Shown: positions 62,979 to 64,000 of the stretch, in pieces | Numbering within the stretch: position 1 is the stretch's first letter | Layout of the letters: the number at the start of each line of letters is the position of its first letter | Assembly (NCBI GenBank): GCA_905618805.1 | Contig: CAJQSZ010000019.1 | Coordinates: 1,054-65,053 of the forward strand | Direction: 5' to 3' | Source: an uncultured Candidatus Pelagibacter sp. | Lineage (GTDB): Bacteria > Pseudomonadota > Alphaproteobacteria > Pelagibacterales > Pelagibacteraceae | DNA: 64,000 nt | The notes under the pieces: model-generated | What the model saw: the letters and a program-made list of their open reading frames with translations, nothing else | What the model was told of the DNA's origin: nothing | The model's database searches: none | Position numbers and translations under genes: made by a program

Positions 62979-63530
62979 ATGAGTTTCTTTAGAATTTTTA
63001 TAGCCCTATTTTTAACTCATATTTTTTTCTTACCAGGCCACTCATCACAAAAAAATATTCTTAATGAACTTTTTGATCAATTAGAAAAAGTTAATAACTC
63101 CAAAACAGCAGAATTTTTAGAAAATAAAATATGGTCTATTTGGAATAAACATCCAAAAGATATTAGATTAACTGAAAAGTTAGAACTTGGAGCAGAACTT
63201 ATACAATATGGAAATTATGATTATGCTTTAAAAATTTTTGACAACATACTAGCCACTGACCCTGAATGGTCTGAGGCTTGGAATAAAAGAGCAACAGTAT
63301 TTTTTTTAATGAAACAATATAAAAAATCATTAAGTGATATAGAAAAAGTCTTAGCAATTGAGTCAAGACACTTTGGGGCACTATCTGGACAAGCACGTAT
63401 TTTTATAAAACTTCATGAATATGAAAAAGCCATCATAAGTTTAAAAAGAGCATTAGAATTTTATCCTACTTTCAGAAGTGGTGAATTAATTCCTGAAATC
63501 GAAAAATTAATCAAAGAAGAAAGTATTTGA
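62979..63530 (+). CDS. Tetratricopeptide repeat protein, exported
   Basis: Signal peptide, L..LF..L, IW..W, EAWNKRAT, RHFGAL.G. Confidence 0.85.
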   Translation: MSFFRIFIALFLTHIFFLPGHSSQKNILNELFDQLEKVNNSKTAEFLENKIWSIWNKHPKDIRLTEKLELGAELIQYGNYDYALKIFDNILATDPEWSEAWNKRATVFFLMKQYKKSLSDIEKVLAIESRHFGALSGQARIFIKLHEYEKAIISLKRALEFYPTFRSGELIPEIEKLIKEESI

Positions 63531-63531
63531 T

Positions 63532-64000
63532 TTAATCTTTTTTAGCTCTTTTACTTGCGATTAATTGAGTCAATGAATCAACCATTAAATCAGAAGCTTT
63601 GAATATTTCATTTGCTTTGAAATCGTGTGAGAAGTTTTTTTCTGGATTCGATTTATCTTCAATAACTATTCCTTCATCTGGTGAATTATTTTTGATATAG
63701 ATTAAAAGTAACCACTCATCATCTGCTGCTTCATCCCATTTTATAAAAATTTCTCCTGTTTCAAATCTTCGATCAATACATCTAAAAATAGACATGTGTC
63801 TAGTGATATGACGTTTATTGAGCTGAAACACTAAGCTGCTTGCACTTCTATAAAAACTTTCTAGTGAAAGTTCAATTTTTTGTCTAGCAAATTTATATTC
63901 CTTTTCTTTTTGTAATAAAGTTTCTCTATCTTCATCTCCTTGGATTTTAACACCCAGGGCTTCCACTCTTTCTCTAATTTTTTGGTCTCTTATAACTCTG
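63532..64000 (-). CDS. Hypothetical protein, 5'-partial
   Basis: Frame stays open from the window end (RVIRDQKIRERVEALG...); no recognisable motif. Confidence 0.6.
   Translation of the reverse strand, partial: RVIRDQKIRERVEALGVKIQGDEDRETLLQKEKEYKFARQKIELSLESFYRSASSLVFQLNKRHITRHMSIFRCIDRRFETGEIFIKWDEAADDEWLLLIYIKNNSPDEGIVIEDKSNPEKNFSHDFKANEIFKASDLMVDSLTQLIASKRAKKD

Overview
AT-rich, very gene-dense alphaproteobacterial chromosome segment. Gene content and the SAM-V riboswitch point to Pelagibacterales (SAR11); this assignment is an inference. Left to right it holds udg(partial)-rnhB-ccrM, an FAD monooxygenase, mutY/dciA-dsbA-smc, the F0 ATP synthase genes, the retinal cluster crtI-crtB-crtY-blh joined to ispH-thrB-rnhA, and prx-thrC. 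A ~7 kb block (about 18.9-25.9 kb) then encodes a second, coxMNOP(Q)-type A1 heme-copper oxidase plus ctaB and SCO, inserted between surf1 and thrC of the canonical cta operon. Next come rsmE, a haloacid dehalogenase, bhmT under a tandem SAM-II/terminator/SAM-V leader, an HxlR-CDGSH-DoxX-pirin-Qor redox cluster, ubiA, lipid A genes, purD, rsmD, pgi, lspA-ileS-ribF, groESL, a DEAD-box helicase with a perfect 96-bp tandem repeat, typA and tldD/pmbA. No rRNA, tRNA, CRISPR, integrase or transposase was seen. Most notable: (1) an apparent third regulatory layer behind the SAM-V aptamer (24-aa leader ORF plus a 12-bp hairpin burying the bhmT RBS); (2) the second oxidase, with apparent relics of surf1 and ctaB 3' ends recording the rearrangement; (3) an 857-aa SMC with no recognisable hinge; (4) unannotated small ORFs and a candidate sRNA after groEL. 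All calls come from motif recognition by eye; no database searches were run.
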